64,000 nt of DNA from Candidatus Hydrogenedentota bacterium. GTDB taxonomy: Bacteria; Hydrogenedentota; Hydrogenedentia; Hydrogenedentales; SLHB01. The stretch is from assembly GCA_963668025.2 (NCBI GenBank), contig CAXXTH010000008.1, positions 1 through 64,000 on the forward strand. The letters are read 5' to 3'. The notes below the pieces were generated by a model, which was given only the letters and a program-made list of their open reading frames with translations, did not search any database and was not told where the DNA came from. Below, in pieces: positions 53,174 through 63,348 of the stretch (position 1 is its first letter; each line of letters opens with the position of its first letter). A program made the position numbers and the translations under genes.

Positions 53174-53929
53174 TTATTGCGCTGCTTTGATGATGGCCGC
53201 AAAACTGTCGGCCTTCAATGCCGCGCCACCCACCAGCGCACCGTCCACATTCGGTTTCGCCATCAGCTCCGCCGCGTTATCGGGCTTCACACTGCCGCCG
53301 TATTGTATCCTCAAGCCTTCCGCGATAGTTGCACCGAATTGATCCGAAACCAGGCTGCGCACGAATGCATGAGCCTCTTCCGCTTGCTCCGGCGTAGCCG
53401 TGACGCCCGTGCCAATCGCCCATATGGGCTCATACGCAACCGAAACGCGGGCAAAATCCACTTCCGACACACCCTGCAATCCGCGCGTGACTTGGCGGAC
53501 CAGCACATCATTCATCTTGCCGCTCTCACGTTCCTCGAGTGTTTCGCCGATGCAGAACATCACTTTGAGGCCGCTCGCCAGCGCAAAATGCAGCTTCTCA
53601 TTGAGAAACTCATCCGATTCATTAAAATACTGCCGCCGTTCGCTATGCCCGAGGATAGTCCACGCGCAGCCGGCATCCTTCAGCATCTGCGGGGAAACTT
53701 CGCCCGTAAACGCGCCGTTCTCCTTGAGATAGCAGTTCTGGCCGCCCATCTCGATATTCGAGCCCGCAAGGACTTGGCCCACGGCGTACAAGGAAGTGAA
53801 CACGGGGCATACCACGATATCCACATTCGATACACCCGCCACGAGAGGTTTCAATTCATTCACTATGGCCGTGGCTTCACCCACGAGCTTATACATTTTC
53901 CAATTGCCAGCAACCAGAGGCTTTCTCAC
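53174..53929 (-). CDS. tpiA: Triosephosphate isomerase
   Basis: AGNWKM, GHSERR, AYEPIWAIGTG, YGGSV. Confidence 0.99.
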   Translation of the reverse strand: MRKPLVAGNWKMYKLVGEATAIVNELKPLVAGVSNVDIVVCPVFTSLYAVGQVLAGSNIEMGGQNCYLKENGAFTGEVSPQMLKDAGCAWTILGHSERRQYFNESDEFLNEKLHFALASGLKVMFCIGETLEERESGKMNDVLVRQVTRGLQGVSEVDFARVSVAYEPIWAIGTGVTATPEQAEEAHAFVRSLVSDQFGATIAEGLRIQYGGSVKPDNAAELMAKPNVDGALVGGAALKADSFAAIIKAAQ

Positions 53930-54237
53930 CGTAGTCCCCTTTCTCTATATCCCATATGGGAACACCTGTTTCCTAGACAGACGAATGAACAGGCTTCTCC
54001 ACGCAAAAACCGGAAGCGAATTTTATCAGAATATTCAGGCCAACGCAACGCGCTTGACGAATTCATTTGTCTTTGGATGCATTGAATGCCTTTTCTTGCG
54101 CGGTATCCTCGAGGCGATTACAATACGCCGCTTGATTATAGAGCAACTGGCGCTTGGTTGGCGAGTATAAACTGGCATGGCGGCAAATCTAGATGCCCCG
54201 GCGTTTTCATTGCGCTGGGCATCGTTCAGGAAATAGC

Positions 54238-55593
54238 ATGGTCTCTCTGAAAGAACTCCAGCACATATTTTATTCTGTTTTTCCCGGTGTAGGCGAAGCC
54301 CGGATTTGCCGTGCGCCTGGGCGCATTAACCTGCTGGGCGAGCATGTGGACTACAACGGCTTGCCTGTATTGCCCATGGCCATCAATAAGGCTATTTATG
54401 CCGCATTCCGCCCACGTACGGATGGCGCAGTGCGCATGCGGGACGCCCTGGGTTGTTTCGCCCCTGCTGAATTCGCCAATGAGCCGGATATCCCGGTTTC
54501 TCCTCAAGGCGCTTGGGACAATTACTGCAAGGCCGCACTCCAAGGTTTGAACCGCCATTTGGGAGTCAAGCGTTATCCCGGCATGGACATGCTGTTGCAA
54601 GGCGACATTCCCGTGGCGGCGGGGCTTAGCTCCTCATCCGCCATGGTTGTCGCATGCGCCTTGGCCTACCTTGATGTCTTGGGCGTCGTGCTCGGTGAAG
54701 ACATATCCCGCGTGGAACTGGCCAACGTGCTTGCGGACGCGGAGTGTTATGTGGGAACGCGTGGCGGCGGCATGGACCATGCGGCGATACTCCTGTCCGA
54801 ACCTGGATCGGCGTGCCGCATCGACTTTTTCCCGTTGCGCGCCCAGCCCATTCCGTTGCTCGAAGGGTATGCCGTCGTGGCATGCAATAGCCTCGTGAAA
54901 GTGGAAAAGTCCGGCTCGGCCATTCACCGCTACAATGAAGGCCCCATGGCTTCCCGCCTGATATGCGCCCTCGCGGAAAAACAGGCGAAAGAGGAATTCG
55001 GCGATGAGGTGTGTCTCGAACACTTGGCGGACCTTTGGTATGGCCCACTGTGCCTGCGCGACGAAGAGGTGGAAGGATTGTTTGAGCTGGCGTTTCCTTC
55101 CGAGGCCATGACTATTGAGGAAGCGGCGCGGCGGCTGGGGATCTCGATAAAAGAAGTGCGGCGCAAATGGCTGGGCGATCTGGCGGAGCCAGCCGAAGGA
55201 TTCCGTCTGCGCGCCCGCGCCCGGCACCAGCTCACCGAATTTCAACGCGTCGAAGCCGCCCGCGATCTGCTGCTGGCTGGCGACGCTGAAGGCCTGGGGT
55301 GCCTGCTCAATGCGTCCCACGAAAGTTGTGCAAAAGACTATATGGTGAGCTGTCCTGAGCTGGACGAATTAGTGTCGCGGGCGCGGGAGGGAGGGGCATT
55401 GGGCGCTCGCATGACTGGCGCCGGTTTTGGCGGCTGCACCGTCAATCTCGTGCCGGAGAATGCCGTAAAAGATTTCCAAGCCTATCTCGAAGAGACCTAT
55501 TATAAAGAACGCCTGCGCGATGGACGCTCTCCCTCGGATGCCATACTGGTTGTCGAACCTTCCGCGGGCGCTGGGTATTGCAGCGTGGAATAA
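54238..55593 (+). CDS. galK: Galactokinase (GHMP kinase)
   Basis: APGRINLLGEHVDYN, GLSSSSA, GGMD, GARMTGAGFGGC. Confidence 0.9.
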   Translation: MVSLKELQHIFYSVFPGVGEARICRAPGRINLLGEHVDYNGLPVLPMAINKAIYAAFRPRTDGAVRMRDALGCFAPAEFANEPDIPVSPQGAWDNYCKAALQGLNRHLGVKRYPGMDMLLQGDIPVAAGLSSSSAMVVACALAYLDVLGVVLGEDISRVELANVLADAECYVGTRGGGMDHAAILLSEPGSACRIDFFPLRAQPIPLLEGYAVVACNSLVKVEKSGSAIHRYNEGPMASRLICALAEKQAKEEFGDEVCLEHLADLWYGPLCLRDEEVEGLFELAFPSEAMTIEEAARRLGISIKEVRRKWLGDLAEPAEGFRLRARARHQLTEFQRVEAARDLLLAGDAEGLGCLLNASHESCAKDYMVSCPELDELVSRAREGGALGARMTGAGFGGCTVNLVPENAVKDFQAYLEETYYKERLRDGRSPSDAILVVEPSAGAGYCSVE

Positions 55594-55626
55594 CAATTGT
55601 TTCGGAGTAGGCCGGCGGCTGGCGCA

Positions 55627-57204
55627 TTACGTGGCCAAGCGGGCTTTCGCAATGAGGCGAAGGCAGCCCGCGTAGTCGATAGGCTCCCGCAACAGGCCCT
55701 TGCAGAGCGATTCAATCTCTTCCGGAGCAAGGCGTTCCGCGCCCATGGCGGCGCGGTGCTGTTCACTGTTGCGGCATAACCACAAAAGGGTGGAAGCATA
55801 ACAAGGCTTGGCAATCTCTTTTTTCGGTTTTCCACGCCGGACTTGGCCGAGCGCTTTTTCCGCATGTTCGCGGGTTGCGCCTGGCGGCAATGGCCCGATG
55901 CCAGCGCTCAATTCATGGGCCATATGCGTGGCGTATGCCTCGCTGAGGTGCGGAAGCAGCCATCGCTCCAGTTCATCTTCGAGCACGCCGCCCAGTATCA
56001 ATGACTCAGGCGGCGTTTGCCCGCCGCTCTTCAATAGGCGCAGCATTTGTTGCGAACGCTCGCTGAAAACTTCCCAGCCGGGAATCCAGGCATCAATCGT
56101 ACGGCCCACAAGGTCTGGCAGCGCCACGGTGAGCGTAAAAGAAGTTTCCGTACACTCCATATCCAAACGCCCCTGGTGGCTGGCTTCAATGGCCCGGCGA
56201 AGCGAAGCCGCGAATGCGGCTCCAAAACGCATATCAAGGCTTCCATGCGCCGAGATCACCACACCCGCAATGCGCGCCCCTGCATCATAATCCGCAAGGA
56301 CGGACATGCGCCCGCCTGCGGTAAGCGCGGGCGCTCCGAAGCGCAGCGCATTCAAAAAAAACGCTTGCATGCGTCCTCTGGCAATCGGGATGGGAGGCAG
56401 GCTTTCATCACAGTAGGTGTCCAGATAGCCTTCCGTTGAGAGGCCCCTCGCCTCCGCCTCCCGCCGAGTGCCTTCGAAAAGCGCCGGAAGGCTGGCCGGT
56501 TCAATCGTGCTAGAACCATCGACGATAGCCAATGCCGCATCAATATGTTTGGCGGCGTGGGTGAGGTTCTGGTGGCCATTCTGGGCGCGCAAGGCTTTAT
56601 CCGCGGCATCCAGCGCCGACAAGACCGCGTCAAGGCCCATTACCGGCTCCGTCATCTGGCGGATTCCCCGCAAACGCAGGCAAAGCCCATTGGCGGTCTG
56701 GTCCACCCGGCCTCCCAAGGTCGAACGAGTCCATAAACGCTCAAAATCTTCCATTGTGATGTGCATGGCCGGGCCAAAAGAAAGGGTATTTGGAAAAGAG
56801 CCTACCCCATCTAGAGATAGCTCTATTTGGGGCACATCATCTTCTTCAAATAATTCAACGACAAGCGCGCTGTCCGCCAGCAAGTCGGTGTTACCGGTTA
56901 GCCCGCATAATAAAAGAACGATCTGCTCCGCATCACCCCGGCACGGAGCCACCGCTTCATGTTCAAACATGCACTTAGCGCCCGCAGGCGATTCGGACAG
57001 GCCATTCAGAACTCGAATAGGGTCATACTCGGAGGCCTTTGGGGGGCGATGTAAAGCAAGGAAGCCAGCCGATTGCCGAATGGCGGCATGCGCTTGAGCC
57101 AGCCCATCCGGATGAGGCGCTTCGAGCAATCGTTCGCGGGCGAACGACAAGGAAGGTTCGATTTGGCTGAGCAAGTGTTTCATTTCCGCATCCAAACCGT
57201 GCAT
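55627..57204 (-). CDS. Hypothetical protein with degenerate histidine-kinase-like (HATPase) segments
   Basis: 525-aa ORF; FLNA..GG...HQGRL..FTLTVALP pattern, with no intact H or G boxes. Confidence 0.6.
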   Translation of the reverse strand: MHGLDAEMKHLLSQIEPSLSFARERLLEAPHPDGLAQAHAAIRQSAGFLALHRPPKASEYDPIRVLNGLSESPAGAKCMFEHEAVAPCRGDAEQIVLLLCGLTGNTDLLADSALVVELFEEDDVPQIELSLDGVGSFPNTLSFGPAMHITMEDFERLWTRSTLGGRVDQTANGLCLRLRGIRQMTEPVMGLDAVLSALDAADKALRAQNGHQNLTHAAKHIDAALAIVDGSSTIEPASLPALFEGTRREAEARGLSTEGYLDTYCDESLPPIPIARGRMQAFFLNALRFGAPALTAGGRMSVLADYDAGARIAGVVISAHGSLDMRFGAAFAASLRRAIEASHQGRLDMECTETSFTLTVALPDLVGRTIDAWIPGWEVFSERSQQMLRLLKSGGQTPPESLILGGVLEDELERWLLPHLSEAYATHMAHELSAGIGPLPPGATREHAEKALGQVRRGKPKKEIAKPCYASTLLWLCRNSEQHRAAMGAERLAPEEIESLCKGLLREPIDYAGCLRLIAKARLAT

Positions 57205-57369
57205 AGCCGGGAAAAAGACGCCACGATAAGAGCTTCAGCATGATAATATGAAGAACAACGCGATATTATAACATAGGAATGGGCGTATGACAATTCCTCG
57301 TTCTCCGCTTTCACGGAGCATGCAAGCCAAAACAAGGAAATGCCAGTGAAATACACCAAAGAGAACATG

Positions 57370-57455
57370 AAAGCGGTAGCAAGCTACCGCACTCCACATG
57401 CGTTCTGAGTGTTTCTTGTAAAGCTACTTGGAGTGCGGCAGCTTGCTGCCGCTTT
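57370..57455. repeat. REPIN-like inverted pair AAAGCGGTAGCAAGCTACCGCACTCCA / TGGAGTGCGGCAGCTTGCTGCCGCTTT
   Basis: Each arm is a hairpin, and the arms are inverted relative to each other. Confidence 0.75.
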
Positions 57456-57893
57456 GGGTGTCCGGATTTCGTTTATATGCGCATTTTCGGCTCTGTGGCG
57501 ATGTAGATTTATCTGTGGCGCATTTTTTGGCGCTCCGCTTTCGTTTGAACGACAGATAGGTGATTTGAGTTATTACTACAATACATATACATGAAACATT
57601 TATTTATTAGTTCTAATAGCAGAACTGAAACCAAAATAAAAGTGTTGTCTTGCTTCGATTGAGGCATGATGGCCTAAATCCAATCTGATTGCGAGTTTGC
57701 CCACTATGGGCATATTGCCCATGTCTGCATTTAAATAATACATAAGCCATATTTTACAAAACTACATATGTAACACAAGATGTCTGCTAATATCTTCTGG
57801 CGCATGAAGAAGATCGAAGGTGCAGTCATGCGAACCCCATACCTATCGGATGAGTGTTTGGGCCTTCCGGGGTTATGCTCTCCGGGCATGACG

Positions 57894-58211
57894 CTATTCA
57901 GATGGCGTCATCACATACACCGGCAAGGCTCCTTGTAATTGGTCCTTACACGCCTGGCTTTGTTGTTGATCCCACGGGATTTGGCAATGGCTTTTCAGGA
58001 ATTTCTTCCGCAATTTGATGAGCAGATTCTTCTTGATATCTTTCCGAGAGTTCATACTACCGCGAAGATGCCATGCCCATATCAATACTTCCTGCGCAAG
58101 TGCGCGTGCGTCTTCCGTATTGTGCGTCAGTGCGAACGCCACCGAATAGCACATCTCCGCATACGATAGTAAGTCTTCTTCGTATGTTTCCCATGGCTCT
58201 AGTTGCTTCAT
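57894..58211 (-). CDS. ECF sigma region-2-only protein (or truncated sigma)
   Basis: CYSVAFALTHNTEDARALAQEV..AW resembles sigma2; no region 4; GGGG RBS. Confidence 0.6.
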   Translation of the reverse strand: MKQLEPWETYEEDLLSYAEMCYSVAFALTHNTEDARALAQEVLIWAWHLRGSMNSRKDIKKNLLIKLRKKFLKSHCQIPWDQQQSQACKDQLQGALPVYVMTPSE

Positions 58212-58472
58212 GGTGTCCCCTTAATCATGGCTTTCGTCCGCCATCATTGCAGATTCAAATACATCCTTAACCAAGTCCTGAGAAGAACGGGCACCCTCCC
58301 GGCATCCCAAGAATCCTGTTGCCCCATTTTTTCTTTTGCATCGTGTTGATGAGGATTATTTGACCACGCCGTCGTAAAAGTGGGGTAAACACTGTGTAAA
58401 GTTTTGGCAAACAGTTACTCAACCGGGCAAATAACTTCGCAATCGTTCGCGTAATAACAATCCCGTAAACAA

Positions 58473-58609
58473 GTGAATCTTGCTCAAAAAAATCTCCCGT
58501 TAATGGAGGTATGCCATGTATTCCCATGTATTCCCGTTTATTCGCATCTATTCGTGGTTCAAAAATTGGCCCAATGCTTTTTGCTTCAGATGGCTAAAGT
58601 GTTACCAAA
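58473..58609 (-). repeat. Dispersed GGTAACACTTTAGCC element, second copy
   Basis: Reverse complement aligns with 36198-36323, with one extra 9-10 nt unit. Confidence 0.8.
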
Positions 58610-58686
58610 ACTTCAATGTATGATAGTATCATGTGGTGTCAGCAAGGTCCTCGGAATCTTGGATTGTTTTTTCAAAGGGGATAGCC

Positions 58687-61590
58687 ATGGACTCGAGGCA
58701 GGAAGACACGGCGAAGGAACCAGAGGAAACCTTCGAATCCAAACCAGTCGAAATGCTAGGAACCGTTAATAGCGGTGTTATGTGTTTCCCCGTCGTGGGC
58801 ATTGGCGCGTCCGCCGGGGGGCTGGCGGCGTTTGAAGCTTTCTTCTCCGGCATGCCTGTTGACGCCGAGCCCGGCATGGCCTTTGTCTTGGTGCAACACC
58901 TGGCCCCGGATCACAAGAGCATCCTAAGCAATCTCATTCAGCGCTACACCCGCATGCAGGTCTTCGAGGTCGAGGACGGGATGCCGGTACAGCCGAACTG
59001 CGCCTATATCATTCCTCCTAACCGTGACATGGCTTTTCTAAACGGAACATTGCAGTTGCTGGAGCCGAGCGCCCCGCGCGGCCAGCGCCTTCCAATTGAT
59101 TTCTTTTTTCGCTCCCTGGCTCAGGACCAGCATGAACTGGCTATTGGCGTCGTGCTATCGGGCACAGGCAGCGATGGCACCCAAGGTGTGCGGGCCATCA
59201 AAGGGGAAGGCGGAATCGCCCTAGCCCAGAATCCAGAATCCACCGAGTACGACGGCATGCCTCGCAGCGCCATCGCCACGGGTTTAGTGGACTATGTGCT
59301 TCCGCCAGCCGAGATGCCCGCGCAGCTCATCGCTTATGTATCCCATGCCTTCGGCAAGCCCCCCAAGGCCGAATCTCCTTTAGCGCCCAAGACCGAGAAC
59401 GCATTGAAGAAGATTTTTATCCTCTTGCGCGTACAGACCGGCCATGATTTTTCCCAGTACAAACCGTCCACCATCCAGCGCCGCATCGAGCGGCGCATGG
59501 CCGTCCACCAAATCGAGGCTATTGAGCCGTACATCACCTATTTGCAGCAGACGCCCGCGGAGGTGGAGGCGCTCTTTCTCGACCTTTTGATTGGCGTGAC
59601 TCATTTCTTCCGCAATCCGGATGCATTCAAAGCCCTTGAGGAGCAAGCCATTCCCAAGCTCTTTGCCAATACGCCTGCATTTGCCACTATCCGCGCTTGG
59701 GCGCCTGGTTGTTCCACTGGCGAAGAAGCGTATTCCATCGCCATACTGATGCAAGAACATATGGAATCCTTGAAGCAGAATTATATGGTTCAGATCTTCG
59801 CCACGGACATTGACAGCCAAGCGATCGCCACGGCCCGCGCTGGCCTGTACCCGGCGAGCATAGCCGCCGATATTTCGCCGGAACGGCTGGCGCGATTCTT
59901 CGTAGCCGAACCGGGCGGCAGCGCGTACCGCATTCAAAAGAGCATCCGGGACATGCTTATCTTTTCCGAGCAGGACGTGATCAAAGACCCGCCCTTTTCC
60001 AAAGTTGATCTGCTCAGTTGCCGGAACCTCCTCATCTATATGGGCGCGGACCTGCAAAAGAAACTCATACCATTGTTCCATTATGCATTGAAACCGGGAG
60101 GCGTGCTCTTTCTAGGCCCTTCCGAGACCGTGGGGGAATTTGGCGATCTTTTTGGCGCATTGGACCGCAGCTCAAAACTCTATCTGCGCAAGGAGAACAT
60201 GCACGGCTCAACGCACGTGGCCTTGGGCAGGTTTCTCCCGCTCATGACGGCGCAGCCGGAGGCCGCCTCTCGGGCCACCAGAAAACCGGCTTTGCCCGAC
60301 AAACTACCGCTGCGTGAGCTGACAGAGCAAGCGCTTTTACAGCAGGCTGGCCTGGCTGGAGCACTCGTCGATGGACATGGGGATATCTTCTACCTCCACG
60401 GCCGCACCGGGCTGTATCTGGAGCCAGCACCGGGCAAAGCTGGGGTCAACAATATTCTGAAGATGGCCCGGGAAGGATTGCGGAGCGATTTGGCGGCTGC
60501 GCTGCACAAGGCCGCAGGGACAAAAGGTATCATATGCCACCCCGGTTTGCGCGTTAAGACGAATGGCGATTTCACCATAGTCAACCTGACCGTCAGGCCG
60601 ATTGCCCTTGATTATGCCGAGAAGCAGGAAACGCCGCTTTTCCTCATTGTCCTGGAGGATGCGCCGAAGTTCGATCCTGAACAGATGGTGCAGATAGCCG
60701 CCGCGCATGCCATGACAGGAGCGGCGGACAGCCCCGATACGGGAGCCGATGCGCGCATCGCCATGCTCGAGCAGGAATTGCGCGCCAAGGAGGAATACCT
60801 CCAAACCGCCATCGAGGAACTCGAGACTTCCAACGAAGAACTCAAATCATCGAATGAGGAAATGCAGTCCGTGAACGAGGAACTGCAATCCACCAATGAA
60901 GAGCTCGAGACCTCCAAGGAAGAATTACAGTCGGTGAATGAAGAACTGGCCACTGTCAACGCCGAACTACAAACCAAGGTGGCGGATCTGTCGCGGGCCA
61001 ACAATGACATGAACAACCTGCTGGCTGGCACCGGCATCGCCACCGTCTTTGTCGATCATCAACTCCGTATTCTGCGCTTTACACCCACCTCCACCCAGAT
61101 CATCAACCTGATTCTGAGCGATGTCGGACGGCCCGTGGGCCACATCGTCTCCAACCTCGTAGGTTACGACCGCTTGGTGGCGGATGTGCAGGCCGTGCTG
61201 GATAGCCTCATTCCCAAGGAAGAAACGGTTCAGACGACGGCCGGTGCGTGGTTCACGATGCGCATCCAGCCTTACCGCACAATCGACAATGTGATCGAAG
61301 GCGCGGTGCTCACCTTTGTCAATGTCACCGAGATGAAGCAGGCGCAGGACTCGTTGCAAAAGGCATTCGATCAGATCAAAACCTTGCGAGGCATTATTCC
61401 CATCTGTATGCACTGCAAGAAAATCCGTGACGATAAGGGCTATTGGAACCAAGTGGAGAACTACGTCCACGATCACAGCGACGCCGAGTTCAGCCACGGC
61501 ATTTGCCCGGAATGCATGAAGGAGTTGTATCCTGAGTTCGAGCGAAACGAAGATGGAAACGCACCGCAGTCCTCGGAGGATACGCGATGA
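58687..61590 (+). CDS. CheB/CheR fusion with PAS, coiled coil and C-terminal Cys/His domain
   Basis: GASAGG, QHL, GTGSDG (CheB triad); GCSTGEEAYS, ATDID, CRNLLIY (CheR); NEELQS repeats; CMHC...HGICPEC. Confidence 0.95.
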   Translation: MDSRQEDTAKEPEETFESKPVEMLGTVNSGVMCFPVVGIGASAGGLAAFEAFFSGMPVDAEPGMAFVLVQHLAPDHKSILSNLIQRYTRMQVFEVEDGMPVQPNCAYIIPPNRDMAFLNGTLQLLEPSAPRGQRLPIDFFFRSLAQDQHELAIGVVLSGTGSDGTQGVRAIKGEGGIALAQNPESTEYDGMPRSAIATGLVDYVLPPAEMPAQLIAYVSHAFGKPPKAESPLAPKTENALKKIFILLRVQTGHDFSQYKPSTIQRRIERRMAVHQIEAIEPYITYLQQTPAEVEALFLDLLIGVTHFFRNPDAFKALEEQAIPKLFANTPAFATIRAWAPGCSTGEEAYSIAILMQEHMESLKQNYMVQIFATDIDSQAIATARAGLYPASIAADISPERLARFFVAEPGGSAYRIQKSIRDMLIFSEQDVIKDPPFSKVDLLSCRNLLIYMGADLQKKLIPLFHYALKPGGVLFLGPSETVGEFGDLFGALDRSSKLYLRKENMHGSTHVALGRFLPLMTAQPEAASRATRKPALPDKLPLRELTEQALLQQAGLAGALVDGHGDIFYLHGRTGLYLEPAPGKAGVNNILKMAREGLRSDLAAALHKAAGTKGIICHPGLRVKTNGDFTIVNLTVRPIALDYAEKQETPLFLIVLEDAPKFDPEQMVQIAAAHAMTGAADSPDTGADARIAMLEQELRAKEEYLQTAIEELETSNEELKSSNEEMQSVNEELQSTNEELETSKEELQSVNEELATVNAELQTKVADLSRANNDMNNLLAGTGIATVFVDHQLRILRFTPTSTQIINLILSDVGRPVGHIVSNLVGYDRLVADVQAVLDSLIPKEETVQTTAGAWFTMRIQPYRTIDNVIEGAVLTFVNVTEMKQAQDSLQKAFDQIKTLRGIIPICMHCKKIRDDKGYWNQVENYVHDHSDAEFSHGICPECMKELYPEFERNEDGNAPQSSEDTR

Positions 61591-63335
61591 AACACAAAGA
61601 AGATGGCCTTATAAGCGCCGCCGAACTACGCAAGCGCGCGGAAGAGATAGCACGCGAAAAAGCCGCTCCCTCGCCAAAACACGCGGAGGCGCTGACTTCC
61701 GAAGAGAGCCAGCGAGTCCTCCACGATTTGCAGGTTCATCAAATCGAGCTGGAGATGCAAAACGAGGAACTGCGCCGGGCCCAGGTGGAACTGGAGGAGT
61801 CGCGTGCGCGATATTTCGACCTGTACGACTTGGCTCCGGTAGGCTACTGCACCATATCCACAAATGGACTCATCTTGGAGGCCAACCTCACCGCCGCGAC
61901 TTTGTTGGGCGTAAGCCGGGACGCGCTGGTCAACCACCCGATTCGCCGGTTCGTCTTGAAAGCGGATCAAGTCCGTTACGATCTTCACTGTAAACATATC
62001 GTTGAGAATGGAGAACCGCAAGCGTGTGAATTGCGCATGGCGAAAAATGACGGGACCGTGTTTTGGGTGCATATGAAGGCCAGCGCGGCGAAAGATGCCA
62101 ATGGCGGCTCCGTATGGCGTGTCGTGCTGACTGATATCACCGAGCGCAAAGTAACGGAGGGATCGCTTGAAAGAGTGCATGCCGAAGTGGAGAACGAACG
62201 GCTCCGATTAGAGACGGTGATGGATGTGTTGCCAACCGGCGTGGCGATTACCGATGCCCTTGGCGGCACTATCCAGACCAATACGGAGTTCGAGCGGATA
62301 TGGGCTGGCCCGCGCCCCTCGACTCGTTCTCTCGATGATTATGCCGTGTTTAAAGGGTGGTGGATCGGCACCAGCGAACCGGTAGCGCTTGAAGAATGGG
62401 CGTCCGCCCAAGCCATACGCGAGGGCAAGGCCGTCGTGGGGCAGATGCTGGAAATCCAGCGATTCGACGGCTCCCGGGCATTCGTGATAAACAGCGCTTC
62501 CCCCGTCCGGGATGCGGCCGGAAATGTGATCGGAAGCGCCATAGCCATTCAAGACATTACGAGCCTGCGGAAGGCCGAGTTGCGCATACAAGAATTGAAC
62601 GACGCACTTAAAAAACATGTGGCCACCGTGGATGCGATGAACAAAGAGCTGGAGTCATATAGCCATTCCGTATCGCATGATTTACGGACGCCCTTGCGGT
62701 TCGTGAACCGGATTGCGCATTTGCTACTATATGAGCCTGGCGCACACCTATCAAACGGTGCTGCCCAGCAAGTAAACATGATCCTCCAGGCCACGGGCGA
62801 AATGGCTAAACTGATTGAGAGTCTTCTGGTGTTCTCGCAGATGAGCCGGGAGCCCATGAAAAAGCGCCGGGTGGACCTAAAGCGGCTTTTCCAGGAAGCA
62901 GCAAACGAATTACATCACGCACAAGAAGATTGCTGTGTGGAGATTGTAATTGAAGACTTACCTCCATGCCAGGGAGATCGAACGCTCCTGAAGGAGGTCG
63001 TGGTGAACCTGTTGGGGAACGCCCTCAAGTTCACACAGCGGCGTGAACAGGCGCGGATCACGATCGGCTGTACGGAGGCTGCGGATGAAACCGCTTATTT
63101 TATCCAAGATAATGGCGTAGGCTTTGATATGAGTGATGCGGACTCCCTGTTCGTTCCGTTTCACAGGCTTCACAAACCGGCCGACTTTGAGGGATCAGGA
63201 ATTGGCCTGGCTCTCGTCAAGCGCATTATTGAACGGCACGGAGGCCGTGTATGGGCGCTTGGCGAAATCGACAAAGGGGCAACGTTCTTCTTTACGCTGG
63301 GTAAAGAGACGGCGGACAACGATGAATCAAATTAA
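61587..63335 (+). CDS. PAS-domain sensor histidine kinase
   Basis: HQIELEMQNEELR, two PAS domains, SHDLRTP, NLLGNALKF, DNGVGF, GSGIGL. Confidence 0.95.
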   Translation: MKHKEDGLISAAELRKRAEEIAREKAAPSPKHAEALTSEESQRVLHDLQVHQIELEMQNEELRRAQVELEESRARYFDLYDLAPVGYCTISTNGLILEANLTAATLLGVSRDALVNHPIRRFVLKADQVRYDLHCKHIVENGEPQACELRMAKNDGTVFWVHMKASAAKDANGGSVWRVVLTDITERKVTEGSLERVHAEVENERLRLETVMDVLPTGVAITDALGGTIQTNTEFERIWAGPRPSTRSLDDYAVFKGWWIGTSEPVALEEWASAQAIREGKAVVGQMLEIQRFDGSRAFVINSASPVRDAAGNVIGSAIAIQDITSLRKAELRIQELNDALKKHVATVDAMNKELESYSHSVSHDLRTPLRFVNRIAHLLLYEPGAHLSNGAAQQVNMILQATGEMAKLIESLLVFSQMSREPMKKRRVDLKRLFQEAANELHHAQEDCCVEIVIEDLPPCQGDRTLLKEVVVNLLGNALKFTQRREQARITIGCTEAADETAYFIQDNGVGFDMSDADSLFVPFHRLHKPADFEGSGIGLALVKRIIERHGGRVWALGEIDKGATFFFTLGKETADNDESN

Positions 63336-63348
63336 AGGGCGCTAAGGT

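Noticed and set aside
8586-54085. Long antisense or alternate-frame ORFs (e.g. 8586-9422, 9447-10202, 25156-26028, 50071-50997, 53135-54085)
   Set aside because: They are shadow ORFs of well-supported genes in GC-rich DNA, with no motifs
60820-60970. 21-nt periodic repeat
   Set aside because: It encodes the NEELQS heptad coiled coil of CheBR
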